Assembly (NCBI GenBank): GCA_022813865.1
Contig: JALDZX010000036.1
Coordinates: 1-64,000 of the forward strand
Source of the DNA: Xylographa opegraphella
Lineage: Eukaryota
DNA: 64,000 nt
Direction of reading: 5' to 3'
Shown here: positions 1 through 12,303 of the stretch, piece by piece
Layout of the letters: every line of letters starts with the position of its first letter
How positions within the stretch are numbered: position 1 is the stretch's first letter
Translations under genes and position numbers: made by a program
Notes under the pieces: generated by a model
What the model saw: only the letters and a program-made list of their open reading frames with translations
Databases searched by the model: none
What the model was told of the DNA's origin: nothing

Positions 1-298
1 CTAAGGAGGCAGAGGAGGCAGCCGGAATAAGGTTCCTCCGACCCTTGTTCCACACAACATTGGTTAGAACCTTATCACTTGAATGGCGCAAACCAGTAAG
101 GCTGAAATTGTTGCCAGATTGACAAAGAGATTCAGCGCGTTTAATTATTGTTGAATGAATACTGCTCTTCAAGAGTGAATCCTGTCTTTTCTGAAGTTTA
201 TTTCTACACGAAACGTACGAGTATCAGCATTTGCAATGCATCTTTGAGAATATACCTCTCAACACCCTCGCCCGAATCCCGCCAGCAAATTTCGAAAG

Positions 299-3200
299 AT
301 GCCACCTCATGGTAGCCGGTGCTTCTCTGCCGTCACCATACTCCTCAATCTTGTCCTCATACTTTCGAGAGCCTCCGCGGCTTCAGCTGTCTTGGGGATA
401 GATCTTGGGACCGAATACATTAAAGCAGCCCTTGTGAAGCCAGGCATCCCTTTCGAAATCGTTCTGACAAAGGACTCCAAACGCAAGGAAGCTGCCGTTA
501 TAGCATTCAAGCCATTGAGATCACAGTCCTCCTCATCAAGTTCATCAACATTTCCAGAACGCCTCTATGGTGGCGATGCGCTGGCTGTGTCCGCACGATA
601 TCCTGGCGATGTCTATTCGAACCTCAAGCCCCTCCTTGGCCAGACCGTTGCGGGCAACAGCGCTGTTCCACATTACGCCTCATGGCATCCTGCTTTAAAT
701 ATCGTTGAAAGCAAAGATCGAGGCACTGTAAGCTTCAGGAGCCAGAGTTTTGAGGATACCGAAGAGCCGTTTACAGTGGAGGAACTGCTGGGAATGGAGT
801 TGCAGAACATTCGCTTGAATGCGGAGGCATTTGCCGGAGAAGATACCCATATCCGGGATGTGGTGATCTCGATACCAGTATTCTATACGGCAGAGGAGAA
901 AAGAGCAGTTGAAGCTGCTGCAGAACTGGCTGGACTCAAGATTCTAGCTATGATTAGTGATGGTCTCTCCGTTGGTCTGAACTATGCTACATCGAGAACA
1001 TTCCCTGTTGTCAAGGAAGGCGTTAAGCCTGAATACCATTTGGTCTACGACATGGGTGCAGGCTCAACTACAGCAACTGTTCTGAGATTTCAAGGGAAGA
1101 ATGTGAAGGATGTGGGCAGATTCAATAAAACCATACAAGAAGTCCAAGTCATCGGTGTAGGCTGGGATAAGTCTCTTGGTGGAGACGCTTTCAACGCTCT
1201 AATTCTAGAGGACATGATCTCCAAGTTCGTGGAAACCCCTCGACTGAAAACACTCGGCACTACTTCATCTCATGTCAAAAACGATGGCCGAACAGTGGCA
1301 AAGCTATGGAAGGAGGCGGAGCGCATGAGGCAAGTCCTTAGCGCTAACACCGAGACATCAACGAGTTTCGAGGGTCTGTTCCACGAAGACGCGAACTTCA
1401 AATACAAGCTGTCCCGTACGGAATTTGAGCGCTTTGCAGGTCAATATACAAATCAAGTTCGCGGTCCCATCACGCAAGCAGTATCGACTGCAAAGCTTGA
1501 TTTAAGTGACATTGAGTCTATCATACTTCACGGAGGAGCTGTACGAACACCATTTGTCCAAAAGGAGCTTGAGACCGCCGTCGGAAGCTCCGAGAAGGTG
1601 AGAACTAACGTCAATTCAGATGAAGCTGCCGTATTGGGAGCCGTCTTCAAAGCTGCCGGAACCAGTCCGAGCTTCATAGTTAAAGAAATTCGCGCAAGTG
1701 ACAGTGTCGGGCATGCTGCAGGAGTGTCGTGGTTAATGGATGGAAAGGAAAAACAACAGAAATTATTTCAGCCAACGTCTCACATCGGCGCTGAGAAGCA
1801 AGTGCCATTCAAGATTACTCAGGATTTTGTGTTCGATCTTTACCAGCAGGTCACAAGCGGAGGAGCGGCATTCAAGGACGTTCCTGTGACAAAGGTCCAG
1901 ACTCAAAATCTTACAGCATCTGTCAAAGAGTTGACTGAAAAATTCGGGTGCTCCGTAGCCGATATAAGCACGTCTTTTTCAATAAGACTGAGTCCCTTGG
2001 ATGGTCTCCCAGAGGTTACAAGGGGAGTCGTGAGCTGTGAAGTTGTGGACGCAAAGAAGGGCGACTTTGTCGACAACGTCAAGGGTCTGTTTGGCTTTGG
2101 ATCTGGATCTAAGAAAGGCGACCAAGAACCTTTAGCTGACGGATCGAGCAAAGATACAACGCTTGATGTTGTTGCCGAAACCACAGCATCGTTATCAGGT
2201 TCCGGCAAACCTGTGCCCAGCCCAGCGGACACTAAGAGCAATGAGAAGACAAAGGACACGAAAAAAACAGAAATCATACAGGTTGGTTTCACGACGAATG
2301 CAACAGGTCTCCCACAGTTCAGTTCTTCGGAGATGCTGCGCATGAAAAACAGAATGTTATCGTTTGATGCCTCGGATCGATCCCGTAAACTGCGCGAAGA
2401 AGCACTCAACACGCTTGAGGGTTACACCTACAAAGTTCGTGATATACTCCGAGACGAAGGCTTTGTTGAAGTTTCTACAGAGAAACAGCGCTTAGAAATA
2501 GAAGAAAGGCTCAAGAACGCGAGTGATTGGCTTTATGGAGATGGAGCTGAAGCAAGTCTGGCAGAGCTAAGGTCACGGTTAAAGGAATTGCGAGACCTCG
2601 TGGACCCTATTTCAAAACGCAAGGAAGAAGCGCTTAAAAGACCGGGTGACGTGAAGATGCTCATGGAATCGCTCGAACAAACAAAGGGCCTCATCAAGAT
2701 GGTCAAAGATCAATCTGAAAAAGCCGCAGAAGCAGCCGCCGTTGCTGCATCAGCCTCAGCTGCGGCGACCGACGCCAAATTGACGCTAGAGACAACTTCT
2801 GCTGTGGGTGATGACTTTGCTGGTCTCGATGATGAACTATCCAGTATCTCGGAAGCTTCTCCCTCCGAAACAAAGCTTCCAGAGGCGCCGCTCTACTCAT
2901 CGGAAGACCTTGCAGATCTGTCACGTACGCACGAATCAGTGCAGAAGTGGCTTGACGATAGAATCGCCGAGCAAGAGAAGCTGTCGCCGTTTGAAGATCC
3001 TGTGATACTTACCTCCGATCTGGCAGCCAAGTCAAAGGAATTGAACAAGGTTGTAATGGATGTGCTTCAAAAGAAGATGCAGATACCTCCGAAGGTGAAG
3101 AGCTCGAGCAAGTCGAAATCGAGTAGAACGAAATCGTCCAAGAAGAGCAAAACAACAACAACGTCAGCGTCAGCATCACCATCATCATCGCTCTCACCAG

Positions 3201-3319
3201 ACTCTATTCCAACGAGTTCCTCGTTGGCGGAAAGCGAGGTACCAGCGGCAACCGATATACCTAGGGATAAGGACTATGTAGACGCCGAGATCAAGGGAAA
3301 GATCAGGGATGAATTATAA
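299..3319 (+). CDS. LHS1: ER-lumenal Hsp70-family nucleotide exchange factor (Lhs1/Grp170/HYOU1)
   Basis: Intronless 1006-aa ORF with a signal peptide, Hsp70 motifs LGIDLGTEYIK, YDMGAGSTTAT and LHGGAVRTPFVQ, and a C-terminal ER-retention signal RDEL. Confidence 0.95.
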   Translation: MPPHGSRCFSAVTILLNLVLILSRASAASAVLGIDLGTEYIKAALVKPGIPFEIVLTKDSKRKEAAVIAFKPLRSQSSSSSSSTFPERLYGGDALAVSARYPGDVYSNLKPLLGQTVAGNSAVPHYASWHPALNIVESKDRGTVSFRSQSFEDTEEPFTVEELLGMELQNIRLNAEAFAGEDTHIRDVVISIPVFYTAEEKRAVEAAAELAGLKILAMISDGLSVGLNYATSRTFPVVKEGVKPEYHLVYDMGAGSTTATVLRFQGKNVKDVGRFNKTIQEVQVIGVGWDKSLGGDAFNALILEDMISKFVETPRLKTLGTTSSHVKNDGRTVAKLWKEAERMRQVLSANTETSTSFEGLFHEDANFKYKLSRTEFERFAGQYTNQVRGPITQAVSTAKLDLSDIESIILHGGAVRTPFVQKELETAVGSSEKVRTNVNSDEAAVLGAVFKAAGTSPSFIVKEIRASDSVGHAAGVSWLMDGKEKQQKLFQPTSHIGAEKQVPFKITQDFVFDLYQQVTSGGAAFKDVPVTKVQTQNLTASVKELTEKFGCSVADISTSFSIRLSPLDGLPEVTRGVVSCEVVDAKKGDFVDNVKGLFGFGSGSKKGDQEPLADGSSKDTTLDVVAETTASLSGSGKPVPSPADTKSNEKTKDTKKTEIIQVGFTTNATGLPQFSSSEMLRMKNRMLSFDASDRSRKLREEALNTLEGYTYKVRDILRDEGFVEVSTEKQRLEIEERLKNASDWLYGDGAEASLAELRSRLKELRDLVDPISKRKEEALKRPGDVKMLMESLEQTKGLIKMVKDQSEKAAEAAAVAASASAAATDAKLTLETTSAVGDDFAGLDDELSSISEASPSETKLPEAPLYSSEDLADLSRTHESVQKWLDDRIAEQEKLSPFEDPVILTSDLAAKSKELNKVVMDVLQKKMQIPPKVKSSSKSKSSRTKSSKKSKTTTTSASASPSSSLSPDSIPTSSSLAESEVPAATDIPRDKDYVDAEIKGKIRDEL

Positions 3320-3630
3320 ATATATAGAAGTAGCTAGCTGTTTGATTCGTGAATGAATAAACGTTAAAGTATCACTGCATTTCGTTTTCAACTAATTATG
3401 AATGACTGCAGCTAGGTTTGTGAAAATCACCCAGCGTCCCGAACCTGAATGATGACGGACACCTACCGCAGTACTATTCGTTCAAATGGAGCTTCGTAAT
3501 TCTGCCTCCATCGCCTTTACAACAAGAGCTTCGTTGATTTGTTAAGCTTGCCTTTTTCTCTGATTCCTGCGTAATGAAAATCGACGTCGTGAATTGAACC
3601 TAGTCCACAAGAAACAAGAAATCGATCAGA

Positions 3631-5791
3631 ATGCACGAAATCGTGACCCTTCAGCTTGGTCAACGCGCCAATTATGTAGCAACTCATTACTGGAATACCC
3701 AGGTATTTAACTCTTTCTGTTCCTCTATATGTTCCCCAGTGTTTGCCACTACTATGCTCCTGGTTACGCGCTACGACTTTGTATCCGATTGTACTGCGCA
3801 TCATGCCGACTACCCTCACGACATATGTCCTATCAGTTTCATCCGCTGTCCTCAATCTGCGCCATACAGTATTTTCACAACCGATTTAGGAAGCTTATCA
3901 CACTTTTGCTCCGGCCGCACCCTCGCCAATTGATCATGATATCTCATTTCGCCCAGGTATTGGAGCCGATGGTGGAGAAACGTATATGCCGCGCACGGTC
4001 ATTTATGACCTCAAAGGCGGCTTCGGGAGCTTGAAGAGGGTTAACGAGCTTTATGAGTTGGAGTCGGAAGCTCAGGGAAGAGGTGCCGTGTGGTAAGACC
4101 TTTTCGCCATTTCACTCGCTGTTCCAAAATTCCTGTGCATATCTCGACATTATCTCCATCATGGCGGCAACGTTTCAGTGATTGCTTATAGCCGCTTGTA
4201 ATTGTGTAGACTCATCGAGACGCAAGGGTTACTCATACCTTGTACTTTAGAATAAGTCCGCTGTTGGAAATATTAGCACCGATCGATCTAATTTATGTTA
4301 TCATCAGAGCAGGACTGGTCCGACAGTCATCAGCACAGCACCGCCAATCCAACCTTCGCCCTATCTTGCCTCACTATCTGCAGGTGGTATCCCTCCGCGG
4401 CCCACTATTTCTACCGTGAAATACTGGTCTGATTTCTCCCACCTGTACTATCATCCTCGGAGCATTGTTCAACTAAACGATTACTCTCTGGGGTCTTCGA
4501 TCCAGCCATTCGAGGACTACACTTCTGGCGACGAACTATTTGACAGTCTGGATAAAGAGCATGACCTCCTGGATCGGGATCTGAGGTTATGGGTCGAAGA
4601 GTGTGATCAAATGCAGGGTGTGCAGGTCTTCACTGGGTCTGATGATGCATGGGGGGGATTTGCCAGTAGGTATGTAGAGAGACTGAGGGACGAGTACGGC
4701 AAGGTAGGGATCTGGGTTTGGGGTATCGAAGATGGACAGGAGCAGAGACAGAAGGTACGGCCACTCTGGCAGATCGGTGACAAGATAAGAATCGAATATT
4801 TTCGCACGTTGGCATCGCTGACGATGAGCTTGATAGGACAAGAGATTACTGAAAGCGACAAACGCAGCAAGAGCACTCCACGATCTTTCGACATACGCTT
4901 CTCATTATACTCCTATTTCCAATAATCCTTCGCACTTACCCGAATACATGTCGCTTAATCGTATGTCAAAATGGCACACCTCGGCGCTCCTTGCGACGGC
5001 AGTCGAATCCGTAGGCCTGCCCTGTCGTTTACGGGGCGATAATCACAGACGTACGACGCTCAACGACTTCGCAGCAGTATTGAACATCAACGGCAATCAA
5101 AGAATTACCCAGCTTACATTCAGTGTTCTTAACCCTCGTGTTCTTCGGGACAAGCTAGGACAAGATAATGAACCTTCTCATAGCGATATAAGAACAGGCA
5201 ATTCACAACACTCCCATGCGCTTACCCCTGAAGATGGTCTGGAAGCTTGCGATGTAGCTGATGTAGCTGGGACCTATCTGGATGTGAACCTGTTTGAAGA
5301 TATGAGCGATACTATGATGTCGCTGAAGAAATCGGGGAAGACAGCTCACGTTTTTGGACGAGTGGAGATTCTTCGTGGGCCGTTCGCGGACCATCGTATC
5401 GAGGCACAATATGATGATGATGATGAGCATCGTCGAAAGCGTCGGAGACTGCATGGGATGTCCGTTCTAGAGAGGTCAATATCGATGTCCACGTTCCTCT
5501 CCTCTCAGACCCGTTAACGATCGAAGCAGATACCGATCAAGTCTCGCATTCGAGATGCTTGACACATTTCCAGGAATCTTCGATGGAGTCTCCGAAAGTG
5601 GGCTTGTAGCCGTCCAAGCCTCGCTGTCGACGAGCAGCATTGTTGCCGAACGAGTAAGAAGTTTACAGAGGGTAGTTGCACGGACGGTGGGCTTAGACGA
5701 GCGCGAAGCTCTGAGTAATGGGCTTGGGGAAATAGCGGAAGCCTACGAGGAGGGCTGGCGGTCTGGTTCCGAGGGTGATAGTGACGACTGA
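3631..5791 (+). CDS. DML1: Misato/Dml1 tubulin-like protein (spliced, 5 exons)
   Basis: Starts [24 protein letters not shown]. Introns 3703-3889 and 4093-4312 splice to EAYHTF...[15 protein letters not shown] and ...VKYWSDF. Also [12 protein letters not shown] and an acidic C-terminus ([12 protein letters not shown]). Two further short introns near 4754-4837 and 5474-5529. Confidence 0.93.
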
Positions 5792-7701
5792 TAGTACATA
5801 ACTCAGGTAGCCTGCCAGGAATAAGGACACGACTCTTCATGATGGGCAGACCGCGCGTACAATGGCGAATGATTGGAGCCGCTCGCACTGGCAGGTCTTC
5901 TATGCAAGCCACCATGATCGCTGGTGATTTTCATTCTCCAGTAGTTCTGCCATACGGACTTCCTCCGCAGAGGCTGGAGGTAGTCTACAGGACCCCCACA
6001 AAGGCCTCGTGGCCCATGATCAGACCTATATTTAGCTGAGGGAATTGAGGGAGTAATAGATGGCACTGCACCCCAATGCTCAACGTCCCTTCGGCAGCAG
6101 TCCCCTGGACGCGGGCCGTAATGCTGCGCACAGCCCGCTGTAGCGCTGCTGGGATCCAGGGGGGTTAGCGAGGAGATGCATGCTCAACCCAGGCCGCCGC
6201 AATGGCCCGAGGCCAAGTGGCGCCACCTCAACGTCGGTTCCTCTTCCGAGACATTTTGGCCGTTGATATTGCACATATCCACCATCCAAACGAGGATTTG
6301 TGGCCCGGGCCGGAGTGAGGCGGGCTTTCCAGGACAATCAGAACACAAATTGATATGCTGAACCGTCGATTCCATCATATGTGCTGCGCCTCATGCTGCC
6401 GGCGAGTGACGAAACGGCTGACGGAAGAGCTAGAGGGCTACTGGGAAGCCTCGTACGGAGGACATCTGCAGTCAGACCAGTCTCACGGTCGACTGGATCG
6501 ACAAGCGAGGCAGACTCGCATCTCGACATGATCGTGCTATGCCGCTATCGGAGATAATGTGTATAGCTTACATGCAGCCAATGGTTGGCGATACCGTGAC
6601 CGACCATGAAGCCATTTCTTCCCGTCGTGGATGCTTAATTTCCTCACTAGAACGGCTTCAAAGAGCGGTTACCTCAATCGTTCCTGGTCTGCCCTTGAAG
6701 GTCGGAGATTTTCGGTCGTTATGTGTTCGATGAGCCACCTTACATAGTAGCAGTTGAAGGCCTACCTGCGCAGAAGGCTAACTGAGCGTGCTCCGCCACA
6801 CGCTGAAATGAGTCCGGTAGACTATTCTTGGCAACTTTCTTGCTATCGACTGTCAGGACCTCTGAAAGAAACGATGTTGTTTGGCATTAGTGATTGCGAA
6901 CCAGTGGTTCCTGCGCTCACAACGTCGTTCGCGTCATGCATCTCCAGAGAATTGTGACCTAGATCTTTTATGTTAAACCCATTTAATGTTTTGTTATTTA
7001 TGCGTATTTTATTTTGTATGTAGGTGTCAGGCCTACAATGCAAACAGCCAAACACTAGCATTGCACTCTCTATGGATTGGCCAAACAAGGTAAGCATCAC
7101 TCCTACAAGACCTTTTGGGGCTTAGTGAAAAGATGGTTTGGAGCCACCTAGGCTGGCTCAAGGATCAGAGAATGTTGTACATGGAAGCCTAACGAGGAGG
7201 CTGTGCCTATTACGTCTATACCGCTTTTCTCTGCACACGAGCTGGTCTTTGCCGGTTAATTGTCATACTGTCCCTTGTGCATGCTGTGGATGTCTTACAC
7301 GCGAGCTCAAAGAACGGATTCAGAATTAACGCATTGATACAGCCGACCCGGTGTGTATACTATATACGGGGACCGAACCCATCCAGGATACCTGAGGTTT
7401 TAGAAGAGGATATCAGATGCGATTGTGTATATGGACACCTTAATCCAGAGATAGTATACCATCCATGCTTTCGTATGAACTGGGCAGTCACTTTGATTAA
7501 GAGTCTCATTCCGCCGCTACAATCATAAATTGGTGGATCCCTTGTTTCCTGCTCTGGGTTAACGGCAGACTACCGTGCTCCACGCCGTCTTTGTAACGCC
7601 GGTGGTATTTGAGTTGTAGATGAAAAGATTAGCTTTGGAGAAAGAAGTGGAGATCCCTTGGGCTTGAGCATCGCGGGCACCTTTCAATCTACTTTCGCAC
7701 A

Positions 7702-8839
7702 ATGAAGCTCTCATCAACGAGTACGGACTCTCCCCATGTGTGTGGTATATGCTTGAAGGAATTCGACCGAAGTCAGTACTTTTCAATTACCAAAATCCGC
7801 ACCCGCTGCATCAGGAGGCCCCTTCCCTAAGCTGTGTTTGAGGCGACCAAATCTGCGCGGTCCGATACTGATCTAATCACTACTAGGAGACCTTCGAGAT
7901 CGACACAAGCGCCGGTGTGCTGTAGCTGTGAAGAAACCAAGAGTCTCAAAGCAAAAGTCGTGTGTGTTCTGCGCACGCTCAAAGCTCAAATGCAGCCTCG
8001 ACTACCCCTCATGCGAGAGGTGCCGTCAACGAGGATCGCCTTGCGAGTATCCTACGTCTCCGATGAACTCACCGCAAGCTTCGCTGGAACATTACCCATC
8101 GAGCGAACGAAGGGATCGAAATGGCTCTGGTGGGTTTGATCTACTATCACCATACAGCATCTATGAACATGAGGACATGTATGGTACGCCTCGGTCACGA
8201 TCCGCTTCCGCCACATCTCAGTCGAGCAGCAATCTTGGATCTCATTGGGATCAGAGTAACTCGTCCCTTGCGATCGCCGACACTGGCCCTTTCACAGAAT
8301 ACCCACTTTACTCGCCGGGCTATTCTGTAAGCTCGTTTGGCTCGAATCCGGGCACAAGCTCGATCAGTAGTTACACACAACCACCAAGCAATGCAATGTC
8401 ATACCTTGACACTTCTGCATTTGGCAGCTCACCGGCACACGTGCCAAACTCACAGCACTACGGAGAACATCCACAACATTACTCAAGTATAGGATCTATG
8501 GATTTGACGATGGCAGTCCCTTACAGCAGGAGCAACATTTCACATAACGGGATAGAGTATGGCAGCAACGCGATGAGTCCCACGTTTCCATCGGGAGTGT
8601 CGTACAACTACGGAACCCAACAATCCCAGAGTCATGGTTGTAGCAGCGGAGTCGTGGAAACCAAAAACTCGAAGCCATATTCAGAGCAAGGTAACGTTTA
8701 TTGTGGGGGACAATCAGGGGCTCGTCACCTTACCTCAACAACGCAGAGTATGAGCTATGCGATGGGCTACGAGTCCATGCATGGGCGGGATCCACAGACC
8801 TCTGGTGTTTACGAGATCCGACCGCGAAGACGGTGCTAA
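7702..8839 (+). CDS. Transcription factor with an N-terminal C2HC zinc finger and a Zn2Cys6 binuclear cluster
   Basis: Exon 1 (7702-7771) reads MKLSSTSTDSPHVCGICLKEFDR. Intron 7772-7886 (GTCAGT...CTAAT...TAG) joins in frame to RDLRDRHKRRC...KSCVFCARSKLKCSLDYPSCERCRQRGSPCEY, followed by a Ser/Tyr-rich tail. Confidence 0.85.
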
Positions 8840-10425
8840 GTGTCCGGAGGGTCCAACAATTTTCAATCATCAAAATGATGGGGCTGTATAGGAGCTGAGT
8901 TCATTTCTCGATGATACCTGTGGTAAAGGGAATCGTGGAGTCAGTCTTCTCGGCAGAGTACTGTAAGCTTTCATGACCCCAAAATCAGCGGAGGAGAGAA
9001 AGACCGATACAAATATGGGATCCTAATTACGCTTCTTATATAAAATCTGCTCTTAACATTATTTAATTGAGAAATTAGGAATATTATCTTGTTTTTTCTA
9101 TGGTGCCATATCTGGGTTGGTCATATCATCTGAAACTCAAACATACCTAGACAATGCTGCAACAATCTTGGCTGCAAGTGGTATAAAATGCTGCCACCCG
9201 GAAACCTGGAAACCTGCATCCTTTCCAAATGCGGAGCTGAAGCTACAGAGAGGATTCTTCACATTATTCTACTCCGCTCAATTCCTCCTCGGCAGCCAGC
9301 TACGTCCCATCATCTCCCTTACCTCACCCTGGCCATGCACGAAGAAAACTGAACGGACACATCCACAGCAGAGAAGAAGAAGAATGCCCCCTTCTCACCC
9401 AGTTCAGGTAAGGAGAACTGTATGCACCGGACTAGCACGTAGCCGAAGGACAACACGAGCCCACGGCTATTATCAACGTCCTTGCTTTTAAGCTATACGA
9501 TGTGTTTCAAAGCCATTCATTCAGCTGCGTTCTTAGAGACTTTACGGACATCATTGATTGGCTGCACAATAACCATAGCTAAGCCTTGACGGTGGTATCA
9601 ACGCTCGAAATCTAGGCTAGGATAAGATTCTCAAAATCAAGTTTGTTAGAGGAAAGGGCTGAGCTGCAGCACCGATGCTATATCAGCTATGCTGGAACCT
9701 GTTCTTCTTAACATACTAACGAGATGTATGGAACCGGCCAGAGCGTGATGACCAAGCACTCTGATACTGAGAGCAAGCTTGAAGTGCGTCATCTTTGGTC
9801 CAAGTTGAATAACAGTATGCTTCACCTGCATATGGCGCAGCTGCGAGACGAGAGGAGATTGCTGGTGACTTGAGACACAGTTACGACCGACCTTACTATT
9901 TTCGCCATTGCTTATGGACGACGACAACAAATCCGGACGAACAGTCTCAACATCGGCATCTTCACCGCCGAGTTGAAGGGTTTATAGCACAGTTGCAGAT
10001 GTGCACAATGTGGACGTATTCGCAAATGGGCCTGTTGTATAGCGAGTCGGCCCCTGCTTGGTGTGCTACCAAGGATGCGGTGCCTATTGTGCAGTTTTCC
10101 CAGTCGCCGTATGGGAGGTCAGAGAATGGAGTCAATACTCGATGGACATCCGGAAGTCTTTTTCTAGCAAGCATAGCGAAGCAGCAGGGTGTCTTTGAGG
10201 TCTCACGGTCGCGGAAAGTGCAATAGTAGGCAATGTTCCGCTCACTTCTACCTATCACAAGTCTCTCTGCGCGATGGGTTTGTGTGATTTGGATCTTTGA
10301 ATGTATGATATATAGCTGGGTGGTGGGAGGTAATGCATTCGGCAATCACTAGATTGGATGTGGGCCAAGAATTTTAAAAACGTAAAGCACTAATTCGGCC
10401 AATGCATGGGATTGAAGTCTCCCCC

Positions 10426-12019
10426 TTATTCAACGTCCTTCCTTGTAGTTTCATACCTCTTGCCTCTGAATGCCCACACCCCCCAATTCCCGCAGGAGAT
10501 GTCTGAAGGATCGAGATCGTTAAGATCCCACCGCAAACTCCGGAAACGGTTCTCGCCCGGCTCCATCAACAGATCATACTCCCCTCCTACCTTCTCTTCC
10601 ACCCACTTGCGGTCGCGCTGCATATCCCACTCTGTGTACCCTGTACAGATGATAGGAACCTTTGTTTCTAATAACTGAGGTAACGTTTCTTCCCATTCGT
10701 GTGAAGAGGCGGGATGACCTAGGCCGGGGTGGTAGAGCATAAAGCAGTCAAAATAAGGATCGTAGGGGTAGAAGAGGCCTGTGGTGTGGAGTGTGTGGTA
10801 ATACTCGACGAAAGTACTAATTTTGATTTGGTGGCTGATCCGGGCTTCGACGATGGCGCCGAAGGGGTTCACGGGGGTTCGTTCGGGTAGTGGAAATTCC
10901 GAGTCGCGGTTGGCCATGCTTTCGGGGCCAATAAAGATTAGGTGAAAGGTCGCACGTGGAAAGATGTGTGTGAGTTGGACCCATACTTCCCGTGGCAGAG
11001 ACGATTCGGCTCGGGCCCCGAGAATGAAGATACGAACGGGGGGAGGGTTTGGGCGTAGACCTTTAATGTCGATACCGGCTCCTGATCGTGGCGGATGAAG
11101 CGTGTAACGGAGAGCTGAGGGTATTAGCACTAGAACATCTCGGAAGACAATGGTACCAACCGCTAAGACTCTTCAAGCCCTCGGTCGTCAATCGACCTCC
11201 GCGCCGTATGTTATATGGACTCAGCTCATGCAGTACGCTCCCTATCGTCATCGGATATGTCAGCAACCTAGTCGCTTGTCTCATGCTTCGTGCTTCGTTG
11301 ATGGCTCTGAACTCTCTTGAATAAAGATACGTATCCCAATTCGTCATATTGACTAGAGCTTCTTCTATTTGTGGACCGGGATATTCAAACTCAGGGAAGA
11401 ACCTCCCAGACCGCAAGTCATGGTCATCCTCGTTGATCTCTCGCAAAGTATCACAGATCTCCAAATGGGACTCGTAGTCATCAGCCCAATGCTCTTCCGA
11501 ACATGACACCGGGATGCCACAATCCGGGCATTCAAACTCAACGTGTGCTGGAGGAAGATTTGCACTAGCAGAGACCTTTCTTGCTTCGGGATCATTAGGT
11601 GCTGTAGGAAGGCGTGTCTGATGATGACTTGGATGCGGGCAATATGCATTCTGCTTCATAAACGCAGCTCTTCGTCTGATTTCTGGTGAGGGAGAACCAG
11701 AAAAGGAATGGAAGAGGTTGTTGGGTTGAAGAAGTGGTCGTCCTTGGAGATCTGGTATGGGGGTGGTTGCTAAGCCGCCTGGCGTGGGTATCTCTACCGG
11801 CTCGTTTTTTAAATATTGACCCTGGTATCCTAAAGATGAGGCTGTTCTACCCTTCAAACGCTCTGTTGATTGCCGAGTCGAGTGGATGGGTGTTGCTGAT
11901 GTCTTGTATGACGTTGTGATCCATCGCTGCAGCGTTCTCGAATTCTGGCTGCCTCTTCCACCTAGAGTGCCTGACCATGAGCCTTTCAGGCATCGTAGGC
12001 ATGTATATCCTGAATTCAT
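10426..12019 (-). CDS. MSS51: Mitochondrial Mss51 (COX1 translational activator/assembly factor)
   Basis: Two ORFs joined by intron 11115-11160. Motifs ECPDCGIPVSCSEEHW, HDLRSGRFFPEF, IFILGARAESSLP, HLIFIGPE and YHPGLGHP. Arg/Ser/Thr-rich presequence-like N-terminus. Confidence 0.93.
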
Positions 12020-12303
12020 AGCTACGTCTCACCACCAACTGACAATCACAAGGTTGTGCTTATGCGTGTGGATGATACCTAATCGAGCTTTATAGGGCGT
12101 TGCCCACTTGACAGCTACAGCCAATCACAAGCGAGCTGTTTTGCGACTCCAAACCTTCAAATTTCAAGCTCAGCCAACACCAGGTAAACCCCAAAATCAA
12201 ACGGAGTGCGCTCACACTACTGAAAACCTGTCTCTTTCAGTTCGTGCTTCGTTGACTGGCATCACTGTGATCAAAGGCCGTTTTGGCCTCACTTTTCACT
12301 ATC

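Noticed and set aside
3449..3562. Possible C/D snoRNA between LHS1 and DML1 (ATGATGA...CTGA)
   Set aside because: No rRNA complementarity I can recognise next to the D box, and no terminal stem.
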